DNA from: the human T2T-CHM13v2.0 reference genome, Homo sapiens
Length of the DNA: 64,000 nt
Direction: 5' to 3' (one strand)
Assembly (NCBI RefSeq): GCF_009914755.1
Contig: NC_060932.1
In this document: positions 13,917-27,740 of the stretch, piece by piece
Layout: each line of letters opens with the position of its first letter
How positions within the stretch are numbered: position 1 is the stretch's first letter
Notes under the pieces: generated by a model
The model's input: only the letters and a program-made list of their open reading frames with translations
Told to the model about the DNA's origin: nothing
The model's database searches: none
Translations under genes and position numbers: made by a program

Positions 13917-16900
13917 TTGGTCAGACCCATGAGCACTGAGTGGAAGAATCCCTGCTATACTACCCCAGCATGTGATTTTGCTCAGACATTAATGTCTGAC
14001 CACAATGCAGCCGGGGATGGTAACCTAGGTATCAACCCCATCTGTCTGTGGTATGGAGCAGTGCTCAGTGGAAAGCATCATATAATTTGGGTGTTAGAGC
14101 CCCTCTCTTTGGGGGCAAAGAGATCAGACTTGAGTTTGACCCAATCTATGCCCCACCTCCATGTACAGAAAACCCCAAAACACTCGAAAACACTTTTATT
14201 TCTGTGTATCTATAATGTACAATGCTTGGATGCATTTGATCTCCTCTGCTATTCTCCAGGGCCTTTTCCCACTCCCTTTATCCTAAGGCCAACCATATTT
14301 CCTTTTCATGGAGTGCCTGCCCTTCTTATCTATAGGTAAATGGCCAAGACAGAGTAACATGCCTCCCTTTCAATTCTCAGAGAATGGGGTCAGCATGAGG
14401 AGGTGGAGTTCCTGTCCATTATTGTGGTTTTCTTTTAGGACCAGGGACTTTGTAACACTTGGCATGCCAGCGAACAAGAGGATGGCAAAAAATGTGTTAA
14501 AGTGTGTCTCAGTTCTGACCATCTATGATGCAATGTGTGGCCCCTGTATCTAGTGCACACACACCCCCTGCCAGTCCCTTCTGCCCTCACACTACAGCAG
14601 AGCCTGCACCTCAGAAGGCAACTCATGTCTCTGCTGCTGCAGGGAGGGAGGCTGGGAATGATAGATGGAGAGCGATTTGACAGGCCGATTTCAGTGACTG
14701 TGTGTGTGTGGGTGTGTTTCAACTTAAAGAATGCAGGAGGAAATACCATGTCCATGTACTTGTTTATTCCTGTGTTAGACAGAGGATGTGCCATGTCCCC
14801 TGCACAGTGGGAGGCTCTGAGAACACAGAAGAGCCCATTGTCTGGGTGGGGGCACTGACCGTGAACCCACAGGAACGTCACAGCCAACAGGAATGGCACC
14901 AGGACACAGACACGTGTGCTGCAGGGAAGCTCACCAGAGGGTGTCTCACTCAGCCCCTGCCCACCAAAGAGATTTCAGAAGGCGGGGATTTGGGTCATTT
15001 ATTGTTTGTGTAACCCTTGACAAGTCCTTCCACACAGCACAGTTGGGAGAATCATGAGAGTTACAGAAGCACTCTGTATGTTGCAATTGCATTATAAATG
15101 CTAGTTATTATTAAGAAGGTGATTGCTCTGGGGCATGATACAGTTCACACTCCTTAGCATGACAACCAAAGCAGCTAAACGTCTGACTCAGGTTACGTCA
15201 CTGTGCCATGCAGTCTGTTCTCCACATACATAGGGCAAGGCACCATTTTTCAAGCCATCCATACCTGGCCACACTCTACACCTGCTCCCTGCACCCTAGA
15301 TGCCTGCCCCCTTGCTGTTTGGCAAATACATGCTTACTTGTCAGAACTGACATTTCCTATCATCCCACATGTATATGCATCCGCACAGACCCAAATTAGG
15401 CACCATTAGCTGTGTCTTCTAGACAAATTGTCTGACCTCAAGGTTAAGTCAGGAAAGACTAAATTCACTAAACAACCTTTAAGTCATTTTTTCAAGAAGC
15501 CCCCTGGTTCTGATAACCCAGAGGCTCTGAAAGAGTCTTGGTTAGGTCTCATGTTCCTGATTCTACCTGCAAATTCTCAATCAGAGTGAAACGCAGGGCA
15601 GTGAATTCATGGATAACCCTTTTGTGCAGTACAAGGATGTCCATTTCTATGTTCTTTGCAGTAACACAAACAGGGAAGAACATTTTAATGTATAATATTA
15701 GAGGAGATTGTTTGAATAATAGATAATAAACTATGAGTCAACAATTAAAGTGATGCTTTAAATGTATTTAAGAATAAAGGGAAATGTTCTATTAAGTAGA
15801 AAAAATAGATTTATGAAATACTTTATGGTGGGATCTCATTTTTGTACAAACCTAATCAAAGAAACCATAACACCGTGGAAGTACACAAAGCCAAGATAAA
15901 CTCTGGGCACAGTGAGTATAGGTGATTTTAATTCTCTCCATGATGTTTTTTCTACAGTTTCTAAATATCCTATAAGAAATCACCAGGCAAAAATAAATGT
16001 GTTTTTATACATCACCTTGATTCAAATGACTCAAATTTTTGTATTCTAGACTTTCATTTATTTTAATAATCATCCATCCATTCATCCATCCTAAGAAAAC
16101 TGATGTATCTCACGAAGTTGGCTCTGTCCCTTGCAGCCTTTGGGATATCACTGAAGCAGAGAGCAGGTTGGAGATCTGCAGATATGCAGGGGAGGTGCTG
16201 GGCCTGTGGAGGGACCCTTCCTCTACAGCTGGCTCTGCTTAGCATTGAGACCTGAGGGCCCTACACAAAATAAACAGGGGCCTTCTGCTCCATCCACGAA
16301 GGTTGGACAGCAGCTGCCAAGAGCAGACCAGGAGCAGCAGGATGTGGGAATCTTGGCACAGGCACGATGGGAAAGTCCTAAATGATTTCTGCGGCAGACC
16401 CTGGGCTGACTTTTAGGAAACCATGAATGCCAGTGGAAAGATCACTAGATGGGAGTGTCAGAAGTAGGAGCTGGCTGTGCCAATGATAACTGACAGTGCC
16501 ATGCCCTTTACAAGGTTCAAGACCCTGAGCTTCACTAGCCATGTGCAAGCCTCTCATTTATACAGAGGAGGGAAATGAAACTCAGAGAGACCATGCACCG
16601 CAAGGCCTGGGAGGGCAAGTGCTGATGAGAACCCCCATCCCCACCTCCCTCCCCAGGACCCCACTGATACTGAATACTACTCATTGGCATCCTGACTGCC
16701 AAAGAATAGCTCAACCTCTGTCCTCAGTTAAAACATCTGGCAATGGGGACAGTAGCCTCAGCCTTGCGTACCTTTAAGGGTTCTTTTGAGGAACAAAAAG
16801 ACTTATGGATGGGAAACCCATTCAAAGCTTCTACTCCTCAAGTGTGTGACCTGCACTTTTCATTCTCCAAGCAGGTTTCATGCTCACCAACTTCATTTTG

Positions 16901-17489
16901 CAGAAACCCAAACCATCCCACAAACAATAGCTTTCATATAAATGCATTTTTGGAAGCAGTGAAGGCTCCAATTAGGATTTTGATGTCTAAAAGAAAATGC
17001 ATACCATCTCTTCTAATGTAAAAGCAATTTACTAACTTCCTACATAAAGGATTCTTTTCATTTAAATAGAGAAGAAATCTTAATAATAGATGATTACTTT
17101 ATGAATATGAAAATTATATATTCGCTGCATAATCAACGATTTAATTGACACATCATCACATCTCCCATGGAGTGTGTGGAACAGATTTGAAACCATGTGA
17201 CTGATTGTTCCAATGCTTCTTTTTTTTTTTAAAAAAAAAAAAGAGGTCTGCTATTCAGCTAAAAGTATAAGAAAATATCCCATCCAAGGCCATTTTTATT
17301 TATTAAGCACCTGTCATGTGCAAGGAGAGATTGTTACAGAGTTTATAATCTTCAAGGGGATATCTCCACCACTATGAAGCAGAAAGTTCATGAGACCAGT
17401 GCACAGATTGTCCTCATACAGTCTAGCTTTAAATCCTTTGGGGAAAAGGCAGAAATGAGTAAAGGAAAAGAGTTTTAAGGATCAGCTAT

Positions 17490-17670
17490 GAACAAGCACT
17501 TTAAACATAGTCTCACTTAATTTTCAGCACAATAGTATGTAATAGGTATCATTAGCTCCATTTTACACATGAAACAAAAAACTGAGTCACAGCCAGATGA
17601 ATCACCATACTCAAAAACAGGTAACAGAAGCAAGAAAAGAATCATCTGGATTCAAATGCCCACCTTCTGT
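17490..17670 (-). mobile_element. MIR fragment
   Basis: aggtatcattagctccattttacacatga...aaactgag...ggattcaaatgcc. Confidence 0.6.
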
Positions 17671-18454
17671 CACTTACATATCTCATGCTATTAGCCCTGT
17701 CCATTGCAGCCCTTGGGATATCACTGAGACAGAGAGCAGGTTGGAAATTTGCAGATGCCCAGGGGAGGTGCAGGTCGTTCTAGGCCATTGAGGTGGACAA
17801 CCTGCACCTCTATTGCTTCCTCTCACGTGAATTACGAAGAAGAAATACACGGCTCTGGGTGGGAGCAGCGTCAGAGCAACAAGTACTGAAAAGCTCCATA
17901 GGGCATGTGGTATTTAAAAGGAGTGGGAGGATGGGACAGGCTTGGGCTGAAGGCAGTGGGGTAGACAATTTTCAAGACGGAGGTGGCGAGCATGGAGCAA
18001 GATCTCTGCGCTGTCCAGGTGGGCTGCTTAGTACACATGTGTATGCATAAAGGTGGGTTGCAAGCAGGTTCTAGAGGACCTAGAACAACCTGCACCTCTA
18101 TTGGCAAAGAACCCTGAGCCCTTCAGGATGTCTGAGTAGAAATGAGTGCAAGACACTCTGAGATTTGTGCAAGCTCTATCCTTGTGGGAGAAGGATTGCA
18201 GTAGAGACAACGGAGGCACGAGGTCTTAGCCAGTGGTTTCACTTTGTGACATAAGAGGTGCAGCCTGACCTAGGGCTCAGGGAAAGGCCTCAGCTATCTC
18301 AGGAGTAATTCCTACAAGGCTCTGAAAGGCTCTGAAATTGGCTCCCTGTAGGGGATTGCAGTTAAAGGAATGGAAGGAGTCAAATGATCTCTGGGGATAG
18401 GACTCCGAGGGTCCCCAAAGAAGCCCACCATCCATCCTTCTCAGCAAATATTTT

Positions 18455-18625
18455 CTGTATTTCCAATTACAGAAAATAAAAATAAAGATGGCCAATCACA
18501 TTTGAATTTCAGGTAAAGGATAATTTTTAATAGAAATATGCTCCAAATCATGAATGGGAAATACACTGAAAAGTTACCTGAAATTCCAATTTAATTGGGC
18601 GTTCTCTATTTTATCTGGTAATCTA
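18455..18625 (+). mobile_element. MER53-like palindromic hAT element
   Basis: aaataaaaataaagatggcca...tttgaatttcagg ... ctgaaattccaatttaattgggcgttctctattttatctggtaatcta. Confidence 0.8.
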
Positions 18626-18989
18626 CACCAAAAGGACACAAAACTCTATCTCCCTACAGAATGGGCCCCCAAGCACGGCATTGCGTTGGCCCCCATACCA
18701 CCTGCAGCAGGCTCTGTCTCTGAGGATATGGGTGCACCACACAGATCCAAAAGCAGAACACATCACAGCTAGTTTGTACCATCGATATGGGGTTGCCCCA
18801 GAACCTGGGTGTCTGCTACGGGGCCACAAGGAGTACCTATGAGAGAGCATCTGGGAAGAACAGCGGGACCCAAGAAATGGACACAAGCACCGTGCGATCA
18901 TTTGACTTCGATACACAGAAGGAAACAAGCACAAAGACTCTGGAAAGGTAAAATTAACTTTTATCCCGATTCCTTGTCCTCCCTTCCTC

Positions 18990-19250
18990 CCATTCATTCA
19001 ACATTTGTTGACTTCCTGGGATGTGCCAGGCACTATGACCTGTAGCTATAAAGATGAGTGGGACCCCAAAAGGCAGCCTTATATACCGGGTTTCAAACGC
19101 TGTCTTTGCCATCTCCAAGCTGTCTGATCTTTCACTGACCCTGTTTCCTCATCTGGAAAATGGGCATAAGAGTACATTCCCACCAGGTTGTTTCAGGATT
19201 AATTTAAATGAAGTGAGCATTTAAGCAAAAATAATACTCACCAAAAGCTA
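18990..19250. mobile_element. L2 3' end (minus) followed by MIR (plus)
   Basis: cattcattcaacatttgttga...tgtgccaggcact; ctgtttcctcatctggaaaatggg. Confidence 0.6.
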
Positions 19251-19549
19251 GCTGCCCACTTCTGACGCCATTCTCATTTTCTATTCATGGAGAAAGAAAG
19301 ATGATCTCATAATCCCCAAGCAGCGAGAAAAGGATACAATTTTATAGAACACCAGAGGATGGAGCAAGTTTTTAACAGAAGAAAGGCATTTAACTACAAC
19401 TTGGAGAAAAAAATAAGGTGTGCTCCATACAGGCTTTTAATTAAACCTACTCAGGATTCTTTGCTATGGAAAGCCATCCCTCCTCCATCCTTAATAACCC
19501 CATTTAGTCCCTGAGGTTTGCTTGGGACTTGCCTTGTTCTCAGGGCTGG

Positions 19550-19755
19550 GGGCATTGTGCAGCCACTCAGAGAAGTTATACCTGAGAATGAAGACAGAGA
19601 CCCAGTGACATCACTGAGACCCTGAATTGGACTATGTTTGAAGTCATATCTCTCTCCTGGACTTATCCATTACAGGACCCAATAGAGGTTCCTTTTCACT
19701 TAAACCAGTTTGGTACAGAGCTTTGTTACTACCAATTAAACAGCTCCCATACTAG
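19550..19755 (+). mobile_element. Old MLT1J/K-like LTR 3' part
   Basis: ctcctggactt...cttaaaccagtttgg...tgttact. Confidence 0.55.
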
Positions 19756-19839
19756 GGGACATCTTCCATTAATTTTGCAAATACTGAGTGTTTCCTATAC
19801 TGCTTGATGAATAAGGAAAAGATAAAATTTAGAAGATAG

Positions 19840-19976
19840 CAGTCCCAGCTACTCAGGAGGCTGAGTTAGGAGAATTGTTTTCACTCAGGAGGCAGAAGTT
19901 GCAGTGAGCCAAGATCGCACCATTGCACCATAGCCTGGGTGACAGGGCGAGATTCCGTCTCAAAAAAAAAAAAAAA
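19840..19976 (+). mobile_element. Alu right-arm fragment with poly(A)
   Basis: cagtcccagctactcaggaggctgag...gcgagattccgtctc(A)n. Confidence 0.92.
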
Positions 19977-22900
19977 TTAAGTAATCTTGTCATCAAGAAG
20001 TTTTTAGTTGACTATTGGGGTCTTCATCTCATATGTATATATGGTAAGATATTTCTATTTGAGTTAGATTTTGAAGGTGGCACCTTATTCAGATATTGGA
20101 TAATAATAAAACAACCAATACTACTGTTACTTAAAATACAAATAAAATTTCCTTAATTTACTTTAAGGAATTGTTGGTATTCCTTGAGGTAATTGATGGG
20201 TTCTGGACTATGGCAAAATCACAAGGAGGTGCCCTTGCCTGGACAAATATTTGAGACTCAAACTGAGCTCATAATGTAAATGGCAATTCATGGTGAATTG
20301 TATTGTTTCCTTGTATTTTGAAACATTTCAGTTAACTGGAGTCAGTTCCAGTAAGATTAAAAAAAAAAAATCTTGCACATTTAAAGTTTTTGAATTTCAA
20401 TGTTCATGCTTTCCAGGAATTTTAAGAATACTCATTTTATTTGAGAAAATTTTCATCTCTATAAACCAATCAGAACACAGTACCTTTAATTTAAGAAAAT
20501 TCATAATCTAATTTATTAGTACTAGGAAAGTATCACCCAGGCACATAATGAGGAGTAAAGTCCTTTTTGAATTACAGGTATATAGAGAGAGCTGGGTTTT
20601 CAGCTTCCATTTTAGCCGTAGATGAAGAGACACAAGAGACACTGAAACACAGTTCACAGATCCAAATATCAAACAGCAGTTCTTCCCAATGGGCACAAAA
20701 TACTTAATTAAATTTGAGCCTAAACAGATAAACAGACACACAAAGAGCCTAAAAACTGTATTATCTGTCATTTCCCATCCAACAGAGAATAGACCTCTAT
20801 ACTTCACTAATCTATTTACAGAAACCACCTAATGGTCAGATTATAAAACCAAATTCCCAATCATTGCTGCCACCAATAGGAAGCAAATTTATCAGCTGTC
20901 AATGAACCAAAAACAAAACACAAAATTAGTAGAAAATAATGTCACAAAACAAAGGGTCAGCAAAATTTCACTATGCTTGGAATTCACCTCTGTAAGCCAA
21001 GAAAAGATGCACCTGGGCTTAAGGTGTCCATTGCTGGCAACACGGTTTACCTGGCTCTGTCAGGTGAATCCAGGGGCATCTCAATGGATGACTTCCCAAA
21101 CTATAAAAATGATATTATCTTTGAAAAGATAAAATCATGGCTTTTATAAGTCACAGATTGTATTTAATTTATAAATAATGACAAAACCAGCAATAGGCTA
21201 CTATAGGTTCTATACCTATAGTATACAATAGGCTACTAACTTTGAGAGTACTCAGAAAGTTCATTGAAAAATAGAAACTCATTAGTGATGTCTTTCCTAA
21301 ATGTGGAATGTGAAAGTGTGTTCGTGCATTCCATGTGTAGTGAGTCATTTTACCGCACACTAATTTTACGGTGCCAGTGATTCAGAAGGTAAAGCTGAAT
21401 TGTGTGTAGGTGTCTACAAGAATGTGGGAAGTGTGGCTGTGGATATGTGGTGGAAAGGAGGGGCATGTAGCACCTGTCTCAAAGCAACAGACTGGAGATG
21501 GCACCTCGTCCTAACAATTTAACAGTTTCCCACCACAAGGACATAATAAACAATTTCATGAGAGTCTGACATTAAAGTGCTAAATTCCTTGAGATCAGGT
21601 GAAGTATTGGAAAACCAAAAACACTTTATCTGTAAGAGAAAAGCATTTACTATTCGTTTTCTCCTCAACAAAATGCTACAGTCTTTTTTTCTTAAACAAG
21701 ATTTGAAACTCACAAGGGCCAAGCTCCTACTACAAAGAATTATATCTAAAACTGATTAAAAACATGTTCATAAGAAGATATGTATGTATATAAATAGATA
21801 TACATACATATGTATAAATGTAGATATGTGTGTATATATATTGAAAAATATACAAAACAGAAGATAATGTGTCATGACAACATATAGGCACGACATACCA
21901 ATAGCATTTGTTGAGCATTTCCTGTGAGCCAGCTTTTCAGTAGCCAGCCTTTGAAAGTTAGAGAAGTGACGATGGACTAAGTTTTGGTTTCCCGTTAGGC
22001 ACTTGCGGATGTGAAATCTATGTGTAACATTTACGTGCATTGCAGCCTTTGTGATTTGGGGCAAGTTTTGCCTCTGACTCTCAGTTGGCTCCACTGTAAA
22101 CTGTGAACATGGTGCTCGGAAGCTTATGTGCTTTCACATGTGTCTGTGCTTTATTTTCCACTGAGCCCTGAAGATTGGATAAAGAACAGGGAGGAGAGGA
22201 GGGTGGAATCTGAGGAAAGGGGGACTGAGAAAATGAAGGAAGAAAGACAATCCTGGGGTTGTTATCTCTCTGGGAATTAGCCAACACATGCTATCAAGCA
22301 ACAATCACTTGTGAAATTAAAACTCCTTGGTGACATGTTTAGACACCTACAAGTAGACTGCCAGTTGTTTGGGACTATGTGTCTTTACTGAGTATTGGCA
22401 AAGGCTATCCACTACAGCTGTGCTTTTTAACACTCCTACCAGCCTTGCAAAAGAACACAAGGAAATTGATTTGAATGACATTAATGCAGGGAAAAAAATC
22501 AAGGAATGGAGAAATAAACTGTGGTTTAAATATAAATTATTTTTAAAGTAGCTAAAATGACTGGCCTACATTATCCATTATTGGTTGGAAAAGAAGAAAT
22601 TATCAGAGATTTATAAAATAGAATGCCACTTTTGGAAAAGTTTCAGACTCACCAACTAATACAAGATACGGCTTATAGCTAAATATATATGTAGCAAAAG
22701 TCCAAACTATAGATGAGAATGGTACACAACAATTTCAGAATAATGGTTGCATTTAGGGAAGTAGATGAAGTGAAAGTATGAGAGCTAAGGCTTTTGCTAA
22801 TTTAGCTGTAATGACTGTTTCTTTAAAAAAAATAACTGAAGCAAATACAATAAAATATTCGCCTTTGTTAGACTTGAGTGGCGAGTGCCTTGGCGTCTGT

Positions 22901-22999
22901 TATATTTATGTACATTTCTATTTCTTCATTTTAAAATGATAATGAAACCTATGTACATGTATTTCAGTAAGAAGAACTGGTCTATCAAAAACGCAAGTG

Positions 23000-23125
23000 T
23001 TATGCTCACTGTCTGGGTGATGGGATCATTTATACCCCAAACCTCAGTATCGTGCAAAATACCCATGTAACAAAAATGCATATGTATCCCCTGAATCCAA
23101 AATGCAAGTTAAAATTATGAAAAAA
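23000..23125 (+). mobile_element. L1PB/old-L1PA 3' terminal fragment
   Basis: tatgctcactgtctgggtgatgggatcatt...ccccaaacctcag...tacccatgtaacaaa...cccctgaatc. Confidence 0.8.
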
Positions 23126-23374
23126 TATGCAAATACATCATGATAATTGTTACTGTCTAGAGGAAAGGCCACCACCTGTGCACCCTGATTCCTTTTCTGG
23201 CAAAGCGCTTCTGAATTACATTTTGTTTGTGATTAAAAATAGGTTGTCCATGGCTTTCTATATCATGATCTGCAAAATTCTTCCATCTTCCACTCACTAC
23301 TTGATTTGAATAATACTCCCACTTTTAGGCATTTGTTGTGGCAGGACCCCACTTTTAGACATAAAAACATTTAT

Positions 23375-23836
23375 TTTTAACCTATTGTTGCATAATAATA
23401 TTACCAAAAATTCAAAGGAGTAAAACAACGTATGTTTATCACACAGTTTCTGTGGGGACAGGAACTCCAGTATGGTTTAGCAGGGCCCTCTGCTCCAAGA
23501 TCTCACAAGGTTGTAATCAAGTTACAACTCATCTGAGGCTGCCCTGGGGAAAAACTTGAGTTCCATCTATCTTAGGTCTTTGCTACATGGTCCTCTGCTG
23601 AGGCAGCTCACAACATGGGAACTTGTTCTTCAAAGTTCACAAGGGAGAGCCGGTCTCCTTGCAAGATGAGCAGGCATTTCAACATTCTGTAATGTAATCG
23701 CGTGCACGAATCACATACGCCCCCATCACTTTTGCTATATTCTTTGGGTTAGAAGAAAGTCCCAGGTCTTGCCCACAACACTCAAGAGGGCCAGAAGGCA
23801 GGGATTATGGAGACCACTCTAGAACTTATCCACCAC
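23375..23836 (-). mobile_element. MLT1F/E-type LTR
   Basis: ctattgttgcataa...cacagtttctgtggg...caggaact...ccatcacttttgctatattct...gcagggattatgg. Confidence 0.7.
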
Positions 23837-24978
23837 CCATCTCTGAGCTTCAAGACTTCTTTACGCTTGCTTTTCCCTGTGTCATTGGCTTGTACCTTTA
23901 AAATCTCTTGAGTATACGTTGACCTCTGAGTTTTTGTTATCTGGCTCTGACCATGAACCTAAACTCACTTCTGTCTTATGTATAGGCAAACCTTCTCTAA
24001 CCCTGTGGACCAACATCCCCTTCTCTGCTGCAAAAATACCTGATGCAGTTGCCTTCCATCAGCAGCAGCTCCAAGCAAAATCAACTGGGCAGCTGCTCTG
24101 CCCCATGCCCCACAGGTGACATGTTCATATGTGTTTTCTCCAAATCTGTCACATTCCCACTGCTGAGATACATAAAACCTATTTTACAAATGACTAACTG
24201 GAAACTCAGATCAATTCATTATCTTTCTTCTAAATACATATTAACACATTGGCAATGGCAGAACTTGGATTTGAATCTAAATCCCCCTATTCTTTCCATT
24301 GCACCCCCACCACCTTCTTAATACATGTCTCTTTCTGTGTTTTTACAGGTTCAAGCTATTTGTAAAGTAGCCTTCTTCCTCCTCTAAATATACGCCTGAA
24401 GTTGAATGTCTCATTCCTCATCCCTCACTGTTTTTTATTTGTAGTTAAAAGCCTCCTCTAATCTTTAAAAGCCCCCTTTTGTCTCACTTAAGATTCCATT
24501 TCCAGAGTATGCAATAAAATAACAGTTCTTGGTGCTAGTATGACATGTTCCAAATGCTCAGGGAATAGATATGGTTATATCTCTTCTATTTTTTCAGTTA
24601 TTGTTCAGATACTTGCATGTACAATTAGAACCTGCCTCATCCAAAGTTGAATGTTCTAGATATCCATGTATTTACTTGGTCTCAAAGGATTTAAAAACCT
24701 GCATTTAACTGTCAACTGGAGAAGAAACTTGGATCTGATCAGCCTATAACTATTGCATGTTGTTAGGGAATGCAGCAGATGAAGACGGTGCCCGTATCAT
24801 GCAGCAGACAAATATTGCCTGTTGTTGTTGTGGTATACTTTCTGAACCAGAACCCTGCCTGCTCCAGATTCCATGGTTACTGCTCACAATTCTGTTCCTC
24901 AAGGCACAGTATTGTGGCAGGGTGACTCTGACTTGGGGATATTCTAGCCTCAGCCACCCACATGCCACAAGTAGGTCT

Positions 24979-25461
24979 TGTATTAGTTAGCTTGTGCTGC
25001 ATAACAAAACATCCTCAAACTCAGGGCTTTAAAGCCACTATAAGTCTATGCATTGGGAAGTTGGATTCAATTGAGTGGTTCTTTTGCTTGTCTCAGCTGG
25101 GTTCACTTACGTATCTGTGAACAGCTGCAGATCAGCTACAAAGCTCTGTTTCTGGGGGCTCTGATATTAATTTTAACTATGATTATAGGGGTATGGGGGT
25201 AATGGGAGCAACAGGGGTTCTGTCCTCTTGCAAGTTACCCTGAGCTTGTTTACATGACAGTAGAATTCCAGGAGCAATAAGAAGTAAGCCCCAATATGCA
25301 GGGGCTTTTCAATCTCTGCTAATGTCACATTTGCTACAGTTCTTTTGGCTAAAGCAAAAATGTGGCCCCAAGTTCAGATTCAATGTGGAAGGGCACTACA
25401 AATGGAAGGGCAACAGGGAGGTATGTACAAATCAGGGCCAAGATACAATCGATCCATCACA
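24979..25461 (-). mobile_element. MLT1G/H-type LTR
   Basis: tgtattagttagcttgtgctgcataacaaaacatcc...tttgctacagttcttttggctaaagcaa...caatcgatccatcaca. Confidence 0.72.
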
Positions 25462-26577
25462 GCCCTCCTTAGTGAGACCTTGACTTAAGACCAAGGAGTA
25501 AGACTGCTTTATTCATTTCTTCAAGATTCACTTGACTTCAGAAGTTTCATGGCCCTTCCGTGCATTCCTATTGATCACCTCCAGTTTACCTGGACTGCTT
25601 CCACGGATCATTACACCCCTTCTGTAGTGATCAGCTTTGCATATTATTTCTCCTGCAACAGAAGACATTTACTCCACTTGCATGAAAGAGAATAGTCAAG
25701 TGCATCTTTGCAGAACGATGAAGATGTGATTCAAGGTTATTTTTCTCATGATTGCCAAGAAGTAGCTGATGACTTCTCTTGCTTAAAAAGCCAAACAATA
25801 AGATTTCCTACCATATTTGCTATGCACTGTGAAAGTCAAAAGTCATCGTTGCATGTACCCAACTTAAAGTACTTAAAACAATATTTTTCAAAGTAACAAC
25901 ACAAATCAATAGAAATGTGTTGCCTCCTGTAAATAGGAAGTCCCATGGTGAAGCCTGGAGAGGACTTAATCCTAATTTGGTTCTGTTTGTCTCTATCTGG
26001 CCACGTTCATCAAAGAGACTTTTCTCATGTAGTAGGCAAAATGGCCCCCAGGAAGTCCTGCTGAAAATAAATTGTCTGCATTAGCAAAAAAATGGGTTAG
26101 TGTTCTACAATGTAATAAAACCATAACCTTTGGAGTCATCTTTTCTACAGGACAAATGTCATTTGCATCATTACTAGCAAAGGTGGACAAGTTGAAAGGA
26201 AATGCCACACAGAGTTCGATACCTTAAATACCAAATTTCAAAATGAAGCAGAGGTCAATTCCCCCAGATAATTAAATAATGACTGAGTGGACTTGATAAA
26301 AAAAAAAATGCCCCATTCTGACACTGTAAGGATTTGCTGCTCGCTCTCAGCCAGCTTTCCAAGTTTTGGATAAGTTTCTTCTATCAGTTGTAAGGTTACC
26401 ACAGGGAACTCGAAGCACAATGAAAGGTTATGACAGAAATAATCATTCAATGTAGAATAATAAGATTTGGTTACTAACCTGTTAGTGACCTTTCTTTACT
26501 TTTTACTAGCTAGTACTTATGCTAGAAAGAAAGCTTTCAAATAATGTTCATATGTTAATTTAAAGTTAGCAATTCAA

Positions 26578-26874
26578 GGCTGGGCTTGGTGGCCCACACC
26601 TGTAATCCTAACACTTTGGGAGGCCGAGGTGGGCGGATCCCTTGAGGTCAGGAGTTTGAGACCAGCCTAGCCAACATGTTAAAACCTGTCTCTACGAGAA
26701 ATACAAAAACTAGCTGGGCATGGTGGCGCGTGCCTTAATTCCAGCTATTTGGGAGGTCAAGACAGGGGAATCGCTTGAACCGGAGAGGCGGAGGCTGTAG
26801 TAAGCTGAGATCGTGCCATCACACTCCAGCCTGGACAACAGAGTGAGACTCCATCTCCAAAAACAAAATAAAAT
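26578..26874 (+). mobile_element. Alu (AluSx/Sz-like) with TSD
   Basis: Full dimer; TSD aaagttagcaattca (26562-26576) / agagttagcaattca (26875-26889). Confidence 0.95.
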
Positions 26875-27399
26875 AGAGTTAGCAATTCATATATGATTAG
26901 TAATTTATGATAAGTACAGTGAGTTCAGGGTAAGCAGGTTAATTATTGCAAGGATGGATAACAAATTTAACCTCTTTTGACAAATACAGCCACATTAAAT
27001 AAACAATAATAATTCATAACAACAAATAAATTTTTATAATCTAAAAGTTATAAGCAAATAGGTCTGAAGATATTTTTAAAAATAAATCTTTGAATATAAC
27101 AGAAAGTTCTTTGTCCTATTAGAAAAGAGACAGAAATTAAACTTTAAGATGACAAGATACAGACTAAAATTCTGTGACTATCTCTCTTATCTTCCTGAAC
27201 AAAGAATAATGGCTAAGTGCTTTGCATTTTCATCTTTTTAAATGGTCTTATACACTTCCAATGAAAACTGTGGTTTCTGATTTATAATAAAATGTTAATC
27301 AAGGCTAACTCATAAGTATGGGAGTCTCATATATTTATAGCTACATTTAGCAAGTAAAATTGACGTAGTAAAGGAAGTGATTATTAAATTCAGGTTTTT

Positions 27400-27740
27400 A
27401 AAAAATGAGCAGGAGCTAAGTCAGCCAGTGCTGGCAGGTAGGATAGGGAATTCCAGACAATGGGAGGAATAAGAGTCAATGCTTCCTGGTAGGTTGGATC
27501 TTGCCAAGCTTGAGGAACACAATGAAGGTGAGTGCATCTCTAGAGCACAGCCATCCATGGGCTTGGCCAGAAATAATACTGGAAACAGACTTGCCCTTCC
27601 AGGTCAAGGGCTTTGTACATTATCCTAAAATCAATAGGATGGCATTGTGGGTTTTAATACTGAGTTCAGAAGGAAGACCAGGATTAGATGTGTTTTTTGA
27701 AGACAACAGTTTGGCTACTATGTCCAATGCCAACTCTGGC
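27400..27740 (-). mobile_element. L2 fragment
   Basis: gggaattccagacaatggga...caggtcaagggctttgtacattatcctaa...tttggcta. Confidence 0.55.

Noticed and set aside
14435-15013. Overlapping 100-154 aa ORFs on both strands
   Set aside because: No domain similarity or exon structure; expected by chance in locally GC-richer DNA
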